A stretch of DNA of 64,000 bases from assembly GCA_965277285.1 (NCBI GenBank), contig OZ255721.1, positions 3,360,001 to 3,424,000 on the forward strand, in the 5' to 3' direction. The stretch comes from Abditibacteriaceae bacterium. GTDB taxonomy: Bacteria > Armatimonadota > Abditibacteriia > Abditibacteriales > Abditibacteriaceae. Positions 53,425-63,168 of the stretch are shown here, piece after piece. Every line of letters starts with the position of its first letter. Positions within the stretch are counted from its first letter, which is position 1. The translations under genes and the position numbers were made by a program. The notes below the pieces were generated by a model. That model saw only the letters and a list, made by a program, of their open reading frames with translations. It ran no database searches and was not told the DNA's origin.

Positions 53425-55935
53425 ATGAACACGTTCCGTCGCGCATTGGGCATTTCGTCGCTTTGCGCTCTGTCTTTCGCCCAATCGAGTACTCGATTAG
53501 CGGCGCAGACACTCGCCGCACCAATAACAAGTTCTTCGACAGCAGTCGCACCAATTGCCGCGCCGCCAACTGCGGCGCCAACACCAACTGCGACGCCAAC
53601 GTCCGTCGAGAAATTTGTCCCGAATGCGACTTCTGTCGCTGTGAAAAGCGGCGCGATTTCCTTCGATGACGCGTTCGCGCAAGGCAAAGCGCGCAACCCC
53701 GACGGCTTGATATTCACCGTCAGCCTAGGCGACAAAACACAGTTCCACATGGGCGAACTGATTCCCATCGAACTGCGCTTTTCGAGTACTCGACCCAAGG
53801 CTTACAAGACGGAAATGCGCAACTACGACCGTAGTGGTCGCTTGAACGGCATGGACGATTTCGTGGTTTCGCCGTCCGAGGGCGTTGTCGATCCGTTGGG
53901 TTCTGTCGATTTCTGGGGCATGTTTGGCGGCATTTCCGCGATGCCGCCGATCTTGAGCCTCAAGCCCGCTGTCGTTCCGCTCACGCTGACGGAATATCTT
54001 CGCTTCGACAAGCCTGGCAAATATCGGTTGTTCGTCACCAGCAATCGCGTGTTTTCCGCCAGCCAAACCGATGCGTCGATGTTCGGGTCGCCGACGGCTG
54101 TTTCCGACATCGTCGAGTTCGAGATTTTGCCCTTCGATGCCGCTTGGTCGTCGCAAAAACTGAAAGACATCGTGGCGCGATTGGGTTCGACAAATGGCGC
54201 ACTGCGCCAACAGGCCGGAGAAGAATTGTGCTATCTCGATACGCCAGAAGCGATCCGCGAAATCGTGGCGCGTTTTGGCGAAGGCGCAGACGAAAATTGG
54301 TACAGCTTTCATTATGGCTTGATCGGTTCGCGGCACCGTGAATTGGTGATTGAGGAAATGCAGCGCCAGATTGATTCACCTTCGGGCGCCGTATCGAGCG
54401 CCTTTTTGCGCGACCTGACGACTTTGATGTTCGAGCAAACGCATCCCGCGCCGCTGCCGCTTTATGTGCAGGGCGACAAAGCCAAAGTCCTCGAGTACTC
54501 GAATGCGCGGAATCGGAGTGATGCCACGCTCAAACAAATCAGCGACGCCAACTGGAAGCGACTACAACGTGCCATTGCGCAGAAAAGCGGCCAGGCGCGC
54601 GCTTTGAGCTTGAACGCCTTGCTCGAAACTCCTGCGCCGGATGCGCAAAGTTCAACAACTCTGGCGCGCCAGGTTTTAGCGACGTTTCTCGACTTGCCAC
54701 CCGAAAAGCAGCAACAGATTCTGCAATCGAACTGGAGCGCGATTCGTCAGCCCGCCGCGCTGCCGGTTTTGCGCACGCTTCTGGCGCGCACCACGCCCGC
54801 TTTCCGCGACGATTATACGAATCGCCAATGGTTCGGCTTGCTTTTGACGCGCTTGATGCAATTGTCGCCCGAGGAAGGCCGCCGCGCCATCATTAAGGAG
54901 ATCGAGTACTCGAATCCGCGCGCCAAAATCGCAGTTTTGGGCACTTTGCCGGACGCGACGTTGCCCACGCTCGATGACGTTTTGATCCAGCGTTTGGAAC
55001 AAAGCCGCGATTTCACCGACGGCGAGATTCACGCGCAACTGATCGAACGTTACGCGTCGCCGCGCATTGCGCCACGCGTCAAAGCGTTTTTTGAGAAATT
55101 GCCCAACGGCAACTGGCCTTATGCCGCGGGTTATGCGCTGCTGGCTTACCTTCTGCGCGCCGATCCGCCTTACGGTTTGGCGGCCATCAAGAAAATGTAC
55201 GCGCATCCCGAAAACGGCAACGCCTACGAAGTTTTGACGGGCGTCGCTTCGCTGCACACCGATGCAGCCTTCGAGCAGTTCATCGTTGCGCAACTGCAAA
55301 ACCCCGACGCAAACGTCGTGCGCGATGCGGCCACAGCGTTGGGACAAAGCGGTTCCGCATCGACGGAAGACGTTCTATGGACGCGCTTGCGTCAATTCCA
55401 ACGCGGCGTGGCCGCACAGAGCGTGGCCGCACAGAGCGTGGCCGCACAGAGCGTGGCCGCACAGAGCGTGGCCGCACAGAGCGTGGCCGCACAGAGCGTG
55501 GCCGCACAGAGCGTGGCGGGTGGGCGCATGACGGAAGCGCAAAAATCGGTCGAAGAATCGTTGTGGAAAGCGCTGGCGGCAATGCCCGGCCCGACTTTGC
55601 GCCGCGACAAAATGCAAAAGTTGTATGATTTAGTCACCGACAAATGGGCGCGCCAGCAAATCGAAGAAATCCTCAAATACAACAGTTGGGCAGCGCCGAC
55701 CATCGGTTACAGCGCGCTGGGATTCGATGCGATGTATCATTTGGGACAGAATCCGCGTCCCCTTTTCGCTTCGTTCGAGGCATTAACGCGCAAGCTGTCG
55801 CAGTTCCCGCGTGGCACCACATTCGCCTTTGAAGACGATCCCGTCTCGTCGCCGCAAGACAACGCCAACGTGCGCGACCATTTAGAAGAATGGCTGCAAA
55901 CTCGCGGCATGAACCTCACATCGAAACCATCGTAA
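53425..55935 (+). CDS. Large secreted protein with HEAT-like helical repeats
   Basis: Signal peptide, Pro/Thr linker, LQNPDANVVRDAATALGQSG HEAT motif. Confidence 0.75.
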   Translation: MNTFRRALGISSLCALSFAQSSTRLAAQTLAAPITSSSTAVAPIAAPPTAAPTPTATPTSVEKFVPNATSVAVKSGAISFDDAFAQGKARNPDGLIFTVSLGDKTQFHMGELIPIELRFSSTRPKAYKTEMRNYDRSGRLNGMDDFVVSPSEGVVDPLGSVDFWGMFGGISAMPPILSLKPAVVPLTLTEYLRFDKPGKYRLFVTSNRVFSASQTDASMFGSPTAVSDIVEFEILPFDAAWSSQKLKDIVARLGSTNGALRQQAGEELCYLDTPEAIREIVARFGEGADENWYSFHYGLIGSRHRELVIEEMQRQIDSPSGAVSSAFLRDLTTLMFEQTHPAPLPLYVQGDKAKVLEYSNARNRSDATLKQISDANWKRLQRAIAQKSGQARALSLNALLETPAPDAQSSTTLARQVLATFLDLPPEKQQQILQSNWSAIRQPAALPVLRTLLARTTPAFRDDYTNRQWFGLLLTRLMQLSPEEGRRAIIKEIEYSNPRAKIAVLGTLPDATLPTLDDVLIQRLEQSRDFTDGEIHAQLIERYASPRIAPRVKAFFEKLPNGNWPYAAGYALLAYLLRADPPYGLAAIKKMYAHPENGNAYEVLTGVASLHTDAAFEQFIVAQLQNPDANVVRDAATALGQSGSASTEDVLWTRLRQFQRGVAAQSVAAQSVAAQSVAAQSVAAQSVAAQSVAAQSVAGGRMTEAQKSVEESLWKALAAMPGPTLRRDKMQKLYDLVTDKWARQQIEEILKYNSWAAPTIGYSALGFDAMYHLGQNPRPLFASFEALTRKLSQFPRGTTFAFEDDPVSSPQDNANVRDHLEEWLQTRGMNLTSKPS
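55406..55517 (+). repeat. 15-bp tandem repeat (GCGTGGCCGCACAGA) x7
   Basis: Perfect in-frame units encoding VAAQS. Confidence 0.95.
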
Positions 55936-55945
55936 ACGACTCAAC

Positions 55946-56015
55946 GTAGGGGCTTGGCACGCCAAGCTCCTACGTCGGCGAGCAACCGACAGGGTTTGGC
56001 ACGCCAAACCCCTAC
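55946..56015. repeat. GTAG-type REP pair, family D1
   Basis: GTAGGGGCTTGGCACGCCAAGCTCCTAC and AGGGTTTGGCACGCCAAACCCCTAC. Confidence 0.75.
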
Positions 56016-56124
56016 AAAGGACAATCGAGTACTCGATTGCCTATAACAGTGCGCGAACCCTTGAAGTTCGCGCGCTGTTATAGCGCGTAACGATATGCGC
56101 GCTACACTGTGGCCGCAAATCGAA

Positions 56125-56205
56125 CAGGGCAACCACAAGGGTTGCCCCTACATCGGCGCAATCGTAGGGGCAACCCTTGTGGTTGCCCTGACTTGTGGTT
56201 GCCCC
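56125..56205. repeat. GTAG-type REP doublet, family D2
   Basis: CAGGGCAACCACAAGGGTTGCCCCTAC / GTAGGGGCAACCCTTGTGGTTGCCCTG plus a partial third copy. Confidence 0.85.
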
Positions 56206-56254
56206 GAGTAGAACGTGTAGCCCATCCCTTGTTACGCGCTATACATTTTATCCC

Positions 56255-56306
56255 TTGACAACTGTATCACTCTACATCAAACTGTATGAAGTGAACTGAT
56301 ACAGTT
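56255..56306 (+). promoter_or_regulatory. Promoter and probable YtrA/GntR operator
   Basis: TTGACA (56255-56260); inverted repeat AACTGTATCA (56260-56269) / TGATACAGTT (56297-56306) with internal AACTGTAT direct copy. Confidence 0.7.
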
Positions 56307-56319
56307 GTGGAGGCGTAAG

Positions 56320-56877
56320 GTGATCGAGTTTCGCATAGCGACAGGGAGCAGCGCGCCGATATATCGCCAGATTGTGGATGCTGTGCGGCGCGGCGTGGCT
56401 TCGGGCGCGTTGCAGGCGGGCGAGCAGTTGCCCAGCGTGCGGGTTTTGGCGGAGCAGTTGGTGGTGAACCCAAACACGGTGGCGCGCGCTTACACCGATC
56501 TGACGCGCGATGGCGTGCTGGATTCGCAGGCTGGAAAAGGCTTGTTTGTGGCGCCGCGACGTGTGGTGTTTTCGAGTGAAGAGCGCGCGCGACGCTTGGA
56601 TGCCGCTCTGGAAACCTTTGTCCACGAGGTTTTGCTGCTGGGTTTCGACCGGAAAGAATTGCTCGAGCGGCTCAAGCGCAAATTGCAGGAGATTGAAAAC
56701 GGCGACGTGAATTCGGCAAAGATCGAGTACTCGAATCAGCGAAACGTGGAAGCGCGAAATGCGGAAGCGCCAAGCGTGGAAGCGCCAAGCGTGGAAGCGC
56801 CGATTACGAAAGCGCAAAGGCCGCAATTAAAGGCGAGGAAAGAAAAGCTGGACGGCGAGGGAGAAAGCGATGAATGA
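56320..56877 (+). CDS. GntR-family (YtrA subfamily) regulator
   Basis: PIYRQI, GEQLPSVRVLA..L.VNPNTVARAY, GKGLFV; upstream of ABC genes. Confidence 0.93.
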   Translation: MIEFRIATGSSAPIYRQIVDAVRRGVASGALQAGEQLPSVRVLAEQLVVNPNTVARAYTDLTRDGVLDSQAGKGLFVAPRRVVFSSEERARRLDAALETFVHEVLLLGFDRKELLERLKRKLQEIENGDVNSAKIEYSNQRNVEARNAEAPSVEAPSVEAPITKAQRPQLKARKEKLDGEGESDE

Positions 56878-57880
56878 ATCGGCGAAACGAGTGATAAAGG
56901 AATCGGCGCGCGAGAACGTGAACGAAATGACGATGGAAGTTGCCAGCGAGAATGTCATCGAGACGCGCAACTTGACGTGTTATTTTGGGTCGAAGAAAGT
57001 GGTGGACAGCGTGAGTTTCGCAATTCCTCGCGGCTCGATTTTCGGGTTTCTGGGGCGCAACGGCGCGGGCAAAAGCACCACGATTCGCACGATTTTGGGA
57101 CTGAACGAGCCAACGCGCGGAGAAGCGTTTGTGCTGGGCGAATCGAGTACTCGATTGTCGCCGCAAACGCGGGCGCGCATTGGTTATCTGGCCGAAGGTC
57201 ATCACGTTTATGGCTGGATGACGGTGCGCGAATGCGAGAAGTGGCAACGCGCGTTTTACACGCATTGGAATGAAGACGTTTATCGCGGCGTGATTGGGCA
57301 TTTCGGATTGGACGAGAAGACGCAGGCGAAAAACTTGTCGCGCGGCGAACGCGCCGGTTTGTGCCTGGCGTTGACGCTGGCGCCCGAACCGGAACTCCTC
57401 ATTTTGGACGATCCGGCTCTGGGACTTGATCCCGTCGCGCGGCGGAGTTTGTTGCAATCGATGATTTATGTGGCGCGGCGGCAGGACAGGACGATTTTGT
57501 TTTCGTCGCATTTGTTGAGTGATGTTGAGCGCGTAGCGGACAGAATTGCGGTTTTGCACGATGGCGTGCTCAAAGCGAACTGCACCATGGAAACGTTTCG
57601 GGAGCGAGTGCGACAAATCGCGCTGCACTTCGATCATCAACCGCCAACTTTGCCGCCTTTGTCGGGATTGTTGCAAAGTTTCCGCACCGACCGCAGCGTT
57701 CTGCTGACTTTTGCGAACTTGGACGAACCGACCGAAGCGCAGTTGGCGACGTTGGGTGCCAGCCGCATCGAAGAAGTGCCGATGAGTTTGGAAGACGCTT
57801 TCGTGTCGTATTTGAGCGAGCGCGGCGAGAAAAGTTTCTTTTTGGACGACGTGAAAACTGGCGAAGAGGTGGCGGCATGA
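56870..57880 (+). CDS. ABC transporter ATP-binding protein (YtrB-like)
   Basis: GRNGAGKST, LSRGE, ILDDPALGLD, FSSH, SLEDAFV. Confidence 0.92.
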   Translation: MNESAKRVIKESARENVNEMTMEVASENVIETRNLTCYFGSKKVVDSVSFAIPRGSIFGFLGRNGAGKSTTIRTILGLNEPTRGEAFVLGESSTRLSPQTRARIGYLAEGHHVYGWMTVRECEKWQRAFYTHWNEDVYRGVIGHFGLDEKTQAKNLSRGERAGLCLALTLAPEPELLILDDPALGLDPVARRSLLQSMIYVARRQDRTILFSSHLLSDVERVADRIAVLHDGVLKANCTMETFRERVRQIALHFDHQPPTLPPLSGLLQSFRTDRSVLLTFANLDEPTEAQLATLGASRIEEVPMSLEDAFVSYLSERGEKSFFLDDVKTGEEVAA

Positions 57881-59976
57881 CGCAATCGAGTACTCGAATG
57901 AGCAGCGTGAAAGCGATGGTGTGGAAAGAATGGCGCGAGCGATTTTTGTGGACGTTCGCCGCGATGTTGGTATCGGCCTTGTTAATCGGCGTGATGTTTT
58001 ACGGCAACGTGTCAGACGATTCGCGCCGTGACCGCGATTTTCGTGGAATGTGGGAGTTCTCGCAAAGCGTTGTGGCAGGCGCGACGATGCTGCTGGCGTT
58101 TTGCCTGGGTTGGGCGCAGATGACGGGCGAAGGTAAGCGCGACGCGTGGGCGTTTTTGGTGCATCGTCCCATCACGCGCCGCTTTTTGTTCTGGTGCAAA
58201 GCCGCGGCGAGACTGAGTTTGTGCATGCTGGCAATTTTCGTTGTCTTTGGCGGTTTCGCTGTTGCAATGCGCTTTGTAAAGACGCCAATGCCGTGGAGCT
58301 GGCGCGTATTCAGTTTTTGTTTCGTATTATGGATGTGTTGCGCCACGACTTATTTCACGGGTGCGCTGCTGGCTTTGCGCGTGCGCCCGTTGATCGGCAG
58401 CCGCTTGTTGCCGCTGTTTGGCGCGCTCTTTTTCGTCTCGGTGTTGGCTTCGTGGCAGGAGATCCAAACGATGTTGTGGCCAGTGATGGCCGCTTTGTCA
58501 TTGATTATTGCGGTTTTGGCGCTGGCGTCGCAGGGCTGTTTTGAAAGTGAAGGGTTTGAGCGTCGCAGCCGCGCCACGAAAGCAGCGATGTTTGGTGTTT
58601 TAGCGAGCGGACTTGGCCTTTTGTTCTTTTGTGTAATGACATCGGTCGGCGCGTCTGAAGGGAGTTTGCAACGGAAAAACGCGCCATTTGATTCAAGCGA
58701 CGCTTCATATTATTGCGTTGCACATGATGGACGCATTTTGCACTTTGAATCGCAAAAGGGCGCAATCAGTTTGAGCGAACTTGATGGCCATGTCGTCGCG
58801 CGCGGACGGCAACTGCGCGAGAAAAGACGACAACTTCAACTACAGGGATTTACGCTTTTGAATTCCACTGAATTTCAAACGTCGCCTTTTCCGGGAAGTT
58901 ACGAGTACAATTTTCAACAGCTCGGCGCATCTTCTTCCAAAAATAAAGGGACGCTGACGTGGTGGTTCGACCGCGCGCAGGGGCGCATTGTCGGCTACGA
59001 TTCCCAAACGGGAAACCTTCGCGGTTACATCGGCAGCAACGGTTTTTCGCAAAGCGCCGAGGGCGCAACGTCGTTCGAGGAACAGCCGCGCTTCGTCCGA
59101 AACGAAGACAATAATGACATAGATTCCAACTGGCTGGTTTTTCCTCATGCCATTTATCGTTGCAACATCGGTGATGGAAGCGTCGAACTGCTGCTGCGCT
59201 CGCGTGAAAAAATCGAATATTTAGCGGATAATCAATTTCTGCGTATAGGCGATGCGGTTCGTTTTACCGCGTCGGTTATCATCACGAAAAACACGCTCAC
59301 AATTCTGAAAAGTCCGCTATCGAGTACTCGAACGGCAACTGTTATCGCCATACCGGATTTGCCAAATCGGATCATAACAGCCGCACAATTTTCCGACGGG
59401 CGACTTTGGCTGGCTTTCCAGTCGGCCAGCAATTCCGCCGCGCCAATGAGGGTTTTGGCATTGTCGCCACAAGACCAAATCCTGAAAACGGAAACCTTGC
59501 CGGCTTTGCCCATGCTTCGAGAAGATCCGCTGCCGATTACAACACGCCTTGCCACAGCGTTTTTGCCCGTCGTTGTATCACGCTGGAATGTGTCGGAAGT
59601 GCAAAACTCCCTACTTTTAAGCGGCTTGCCTGTTGGCGCAAATGAAGTTCGACAAGGCATTTGGCTATCTGCTTTGTTTTCTGTGTTGTTCGCCTTCTTC
59701 GCCTGGCGACGTGCCAATCGTTACGCGTTCAAATCGAGTACTCGATTGGGATGGACAATCGGGGTTTTCGCGCTGGGGCCGCTGGGCTATTTGCTGATGC
59801 GTTCGCTGCTCAATTGGCCTTCGCTGGAGAAATGTCCTTCATGCGGCAAACTGCGCGTCGTCGACCACGAACGTTGCGGACATTGCGCTTCACCGTTTGC
59901 GGCGCCCGTTCCTGATGGCACCGAAATTATCGAAAACGACGCGCCCGAAATACCCGCTTTGCGCTTGGCATCGTGA
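57877..59976 (+). CDS. ABC-type permease-like membrane protein with extracellular domain and C-terminal Zn ribbon
   Basis: MVWKEWRE, FLVHRP, multiple TM, CPSCG..C.HC. Confidence 0.75.
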   Translation: MTQSSTRMSSVKAMVWKEWRERFLWTFAAMLVSALLIGVMFYGNVSDDSRRDRDFRGMWEFSQSVVAGATMLLAFCLGWAQMTGEGKRDAWAFLVHRPITRRFLFWCKAAARLSLCMLAIFVVFGGFAVAMRFVKTPMPWSWRVFSFCFVLWMCCATTYFTGALLALRVRPLIGSRLLPLFGALFFVSVLASWQEIQTMLWPVMAALSLIIAVLALASQGCFESEGFERRSRATKAAMFGVLASGLGLLFFCVMTSVGASEGSLQRKNAPFDSSDASYYCVAHDGRILHFESQKGAISLSELDGHVVARGRQLREKRRQLQLQGFTLLNSTEFQTSPFPGSYEYNFQQLGASSSKNKGTLTWWFDRAQGRIVGYDSQTGNLRGYIGSNGFSQSAEGATSFEEQPRFVRNEDNNDIDSNWLVFPHAIYRCNIGDGSVELLLRSREKIEYLADNQFLRIGDAVRFTASVIITKNTLTILKSPLSSTRTATVIAIPDLPNRIITAAQFSDGRLWLAFQSASNSAAPMRVLALSPQDQILKTETLPALPMLREDPLPITTRLATAFLPVVVSRWNVSEVQNSLLLSGLPVGANEVRQGIWLSALFSVLFAFFAWRRANRYAFKSSTRLGWTIGVFALGPLGYLLMRSLLNWPSLEKCPSCGKLRVVDHERCGHCASPFAAPVPDGTEIIENDAPEIPALRLAS

Positions 59977-60001
59977 AAAGGCGAAATTGCGGGTGGCTTT
60001 T

Positions 60002-60074
60002 AGCGAACCCGAAGCGTCAGCGAGGGAGATTCTTTTACCTGACAAATCTCCCTTGCTGACGCTTCGGGTTCGCT
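60002..60074. repeat. REPIN-like hairpin, family A
   Basis: AGCGAACCCGAAGCGTCAGCGAGGGAGATT ... AATCTCCCTTGCTGACGCTTCGGGTTCGCT. Confidence 0.88.
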
Positions 60075-60116
60075 GTCGTATGGGAGCAGTCATATAGAAA
60101 CCTTTTAGCCCGTGCT

Positions 60117-61640
60117 TCATTCTGTATTAACGCTCGCCACAATGTCGCCGTCTGGGATTGGTGTGTCGTCTATCGCCCCGAAAAATGAGGAATAACGTCC
60201 GCGCGCCGAAAATGTTGCGCTGGTGTTCTCGATAGGTCGACCGCTGTTGTCTTTAGCGTCCGGGCCAATGGAATACAAGGTATATGGCGTGTTCGAGTAC
60301 TCGAAACGCGGTTTGGTTTCGGGAACTTTAGGTGTTTTGGCGTTGGCTCCTGGCGCTTCGCTTGGAATCTGGCGTCCGGTTGGAATCTGGCGAATGTCGC
60401 TGATGTAGCGCAGTGATTTTAGCTTGTAACTTAATGGTCGACCGTCGGAAAACGGATCTATCGGCACGCTTTTCAAATACTGTGACACGAGCGCGTTCAA
60501 GGTTTGAGGATATGCGCCGTGTTCGGTTTTGTAGGACTGTAACGCCAGAGCCGTCAAAAGAAGCGCGCTTTGTGTTTCACACTGCGCTGAAGAAACCCTG
60601 TTTGTGGTGTAGCTGCCAAGCGCCAGCAGCGCATCCAGCGAATTGGAGTTCGTGGGCGACTCCGAGAGACGTTTATACGGCAGGCGAACGAGGGCGCTTT
60701 GTGCGTCCATGCGGCGGGTCATATCATCGAGGACTTCCTGCTGGCTGACGAACGAACTGCGCAATCCCCACGGCGAACGAACCGAGTTGTCGTTGCTAAA
60801 CGGGATGTTGCGCCAATTGGGGTCGCGGAAGATGTGCAACATGAGGGTTTGCTGCGCCCATTTTTCCTGCTGCAAGGTTTGTGCGAACGACACGCGATGA
60901 TCTTGCAACAATTGCAGACGCGCAAGGGCGTTGCGGGCTTGCGCGGAAGACAAATGCGAGATGCACGGCCACGCTTCGCATCTCGCCATGTTCTCGATGC
61001 CCCAACCCCATGTCGCGCTCGCCAGAGATGCTCCGTGCGGAATGTCGGTGCCGAAACGCACGCCGTCCAGACACGTATTCAAGGCGCCGTTCCAATCGCC
61101 ACGCGCTTGTTGCAAACGCGCCTGCAAAATCAAAAGTTGCGTCAAATGGTAAAACGAATTGGAGTTAGCGTCAGCTTGAATACTTAAAATATCCGCCAAA
61201 CTACCGCTGTAAGAACTGAAACGCGTCGGCGGCTGCCAGTAGGAAAACGCGAAGCCTTTGCGCAAAGTTTGCAACGCGGCGGCGTTTTGCTCGAGCAACC
61301 ACATTTTTTCAGTTGTTGAATAAGCGTGGTTTTGCATAGGCGCCGGGCCATTATTGGGCGACGGTTGGTTGGCGGCGATATTGGGCATCGCCGGAATGGA
61401 GCGGCCACTGCGGAAAAGGAGAACCGCGTGTTCGACCTGCCATGTCCACACGATTTTCTGCGCCGCCGCGACATCGTAATCATAAGCGTTGGGCGAAGGC
61501 AGCTTCACGTCGGGAATCGAAACGATGGCTTGGGCGTTCTGATGCTGCCACCAAATCGGTGCGACGATGAGCGGCACGCCACAAACAATCGTCGCGGCCA
61601 GGCACCATTTTTCGGCTCGCCCCAAAGGTTCGCGTTTCAT
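60117..61640 (-). CDS. Hypothetical exported protein with GspG/pilin-like C-terminal motif
   Basis: PNAYD.Y, ALAL..YK.EHG.YP.TL..LV..YL..VP.DPF, LYSIGPD..DN.G, GDIV; start may be 61679. Confidence 0.7.
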   Translation of the reverse strand: MKREPLGRAEKWCLAATIVCGVPLIVAPIWWQHQNAQAIVSIPDVKLPSPNAYDYDVAAAQKIVWTWQVEHAVLLFRSGRSIPAMPNIAANQPSPNNGPAPMQNHAYSTTEKMWLLEQNAAALQTLRKGFAFSYWQPPTRFSSYSGSLADILSIQADANSNSFYHLTQLLILQARLQQARGDWNGALNTCLDGVRFGTDIPHGASLASATWGWGIENMARCEAWPCISHLSSAQARNALARLQLLQDHRVSFAQTLQQEKWAQQTLMLHIFRDPNWRNIPFSNDNSVRSPWGLRSSFVSQQEVLDDMTRRMDAQSALVRLPYKRLSESPTNSNSLDALLALGSYTTNRVSSAQCETQSALLLTALALQSYKTEHGAYPQTLNALVSQYLKSVPIDPFSDGRPLSYKLKSLRYISDIRQIPTGRQIPSEAPGANAKTPKVPETKPRFEYSNTPYTLYSIGPDAKDNSGRPIENTSATFSARGRYSSFFGAIDDTPIPDGDIVASVNTE

Positions 61641-61692
61641 TTTTTGAGTTTCTCTGGCCGTTAAACGCTTGAACTCCACCGAGTTGCTGACG

Positions 61693-61767
61693 TTGTAGGG
61701 ACGCAGATTTCTGCGTCCGTTGTGTGCAAGTTTGGATCAACGGACGCATAAATCTGCGTCCCTACAA
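61693..61767. repeat. GTAG-type REPIN, family E
   Basis: TTGTAGGGACGCAGATTTCTGCGTCC ... GGACGCATAAATCTGCGTCCCTACAA. Confidence 0.88.
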
Positions 61768-61800
61768 GGGTTTGGAGGCGAGGCGTGTTCCGTTGAGCTT

Positions 61801-63006
61801 CTACTTTGTGTTGATGCCTGCTACAATATCGCCTTTGGCGTTGGGTTGGGCGCGCTTGGGCAAGGCTTTGCCGCCGTCGTCAACACCATCATAGCCGACG
61901 CTGTATAACGAGTACTCGATTCCCGTCGCTTTGTAGCGTAGCGACTGGTTGTCAGCAAACGGATCCATCGGCACGCGGCTGAGATACTTCGGCGTCAGTT
62001 CGTTCAAAGTCGCGGGATAATTCCCGTGTTCCACTTTGAAGGCGCGTAAGGCGAGCATGGTGGCGAGCAATCGGCTCCAGGCGCGCGAACGTTCGATGGA
62101 AAATCCGCTTGTCGCCAGTGACGGCTTGGCTGCGTCGTCGCTGAGATAAATACCGAGAAAGCTTTCGTTGACTGCGTCCACGTTTTTTTCAACAATTCCG
62201 CGTCGCTGCGGATAAGGTAAAGCCGCGTTGATAATCGCTTTGTCCAGCACGCGGTTGTATGTCATTGTGATTTGCTGAGGTGTTTGCGTCGTCGGAAAGG
62301 CCTTGCGCCACTTGGGTTCTGCGAACATATGGCGCAACAGACCCAGGCCCAACGTTTTTTGGTTTTGCAACGTTTGCACATAAGAAAAACGCCGCGCATC
62401 GAGCGCTTCCAAGCGCCGCGCCAGAGATCGTGCCGAACGCGCGTCGAGTTTTTCGATGTAAGACTTTTTCAAGTCGCCAACCCCGATGCCCTCAATGGCG
62501 TTGCCGACGAGCGAAGCGATCAAGGCGCCGCCGCGCGGGATATCGGTTCCCAAACGAACTGCGTCCAATGCGCTGTTCAAGGCTTTGGCATATTGACCAC
62601 GAGCCGCGTAAACGTCGGCTTCAACGTGAAGCAAGCGCGCCAATTCGCGCATACGAGCAAAGCTGGGAAAGAAGACATCGGTCGGGTCACGCGGCGCCGG
62701 TTGCAGATACGAGTACTGGAAACCTTGTCGCATCAACGATAAAGCGCGCGCATTGCGCCGCAAAACAAATTCACGGCGCGTCAATGGCGAACGAAACGGC
62801 GCGTTCAATTTCGGATCGTTGAAATTAGGGAAGTCGGTGCCTTCTCCTGTATAATCCAGCGCTTTTCCGGCACGCACATAAAAATCATAAGCGTTCGGTT
62901 GTGCTCTTGTCGGTTGAACTTTCGCGGTTTGCGCCGCGACCGGAATGGTGCAAAAGACGGGAAGAATAGCGACGGCGATTGGTGTGGCGTGCGAAAAGCG
63001 TTTCAT
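61801..63006 (-). CDS. Hypothetical secreted protein, paralog of 60117-61640
   Basis: PNAYDFY, LALRAFKVEHGNYPATLNEL.PKYL.RVP.DPF, LYSVG.DG.DDGG, GDIVA. Confidence 0.75.
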   Translation of the reverse strand: MKRFSHATPIAVAILPVFCTIPVAAQTAKVQPTRAQPNAYDFYVRAGKALDYTGEGTDFPNFNDPKLNAPFRSPLTRREFVLRRNARALSLMRQGFQYSYLQPAPRDPTDVFFPSFARMRELARLLHVEADVYAARGQYAKALNSALDAVRLGTDIPRGGALIASLVGNAIEGIGVGDLKKSYIEKLDARSARSLARRLEALDARRFSYVQTLQNQKTLGLGLLRHMFAEPKWRKAFPTTQTPQQITMTYNRVLDKAIINAALPYPQRRGIVEKNVDAVNESFLGIYLSDDAAKPSLATSGFSIERSRAWSRLLATMLALRAFKVEHGNYPATLNELTPKYLSRVPMDPFADNQSLRYKATGIEYSLYSVGYDGVDDGGKALPKRAQPNAKGDIVAGINTK

Positions 63007-63067
63007 AGTTTTCTTTTGTGACGGCGTTGTCGCGCTATATGACTAAACGACTCATCTTGCTGATATT

Positions 63068-63138
63068 GTAGGGACGCAGATTTCTGCGACCGTTATGTGC
63101 AAGTTTGGATCAACGGACGCAGAAATCTGCGTCCCTAC
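63068..63138. repeat. GTAG-type REPIN, family E (near-identical to 61695-61765 including spacer)
   Basis: GTAGGGACGCAGATTTCTGCGACC-GTTATGTGCAAGTTTGGATCAAC-GGACGCAGAAATCTGCGTCCCTAC. Confidence 0.88.
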
Positions 63139-63168
63139 GATAGTTGTACAGCCGAACAATTCGACTCC

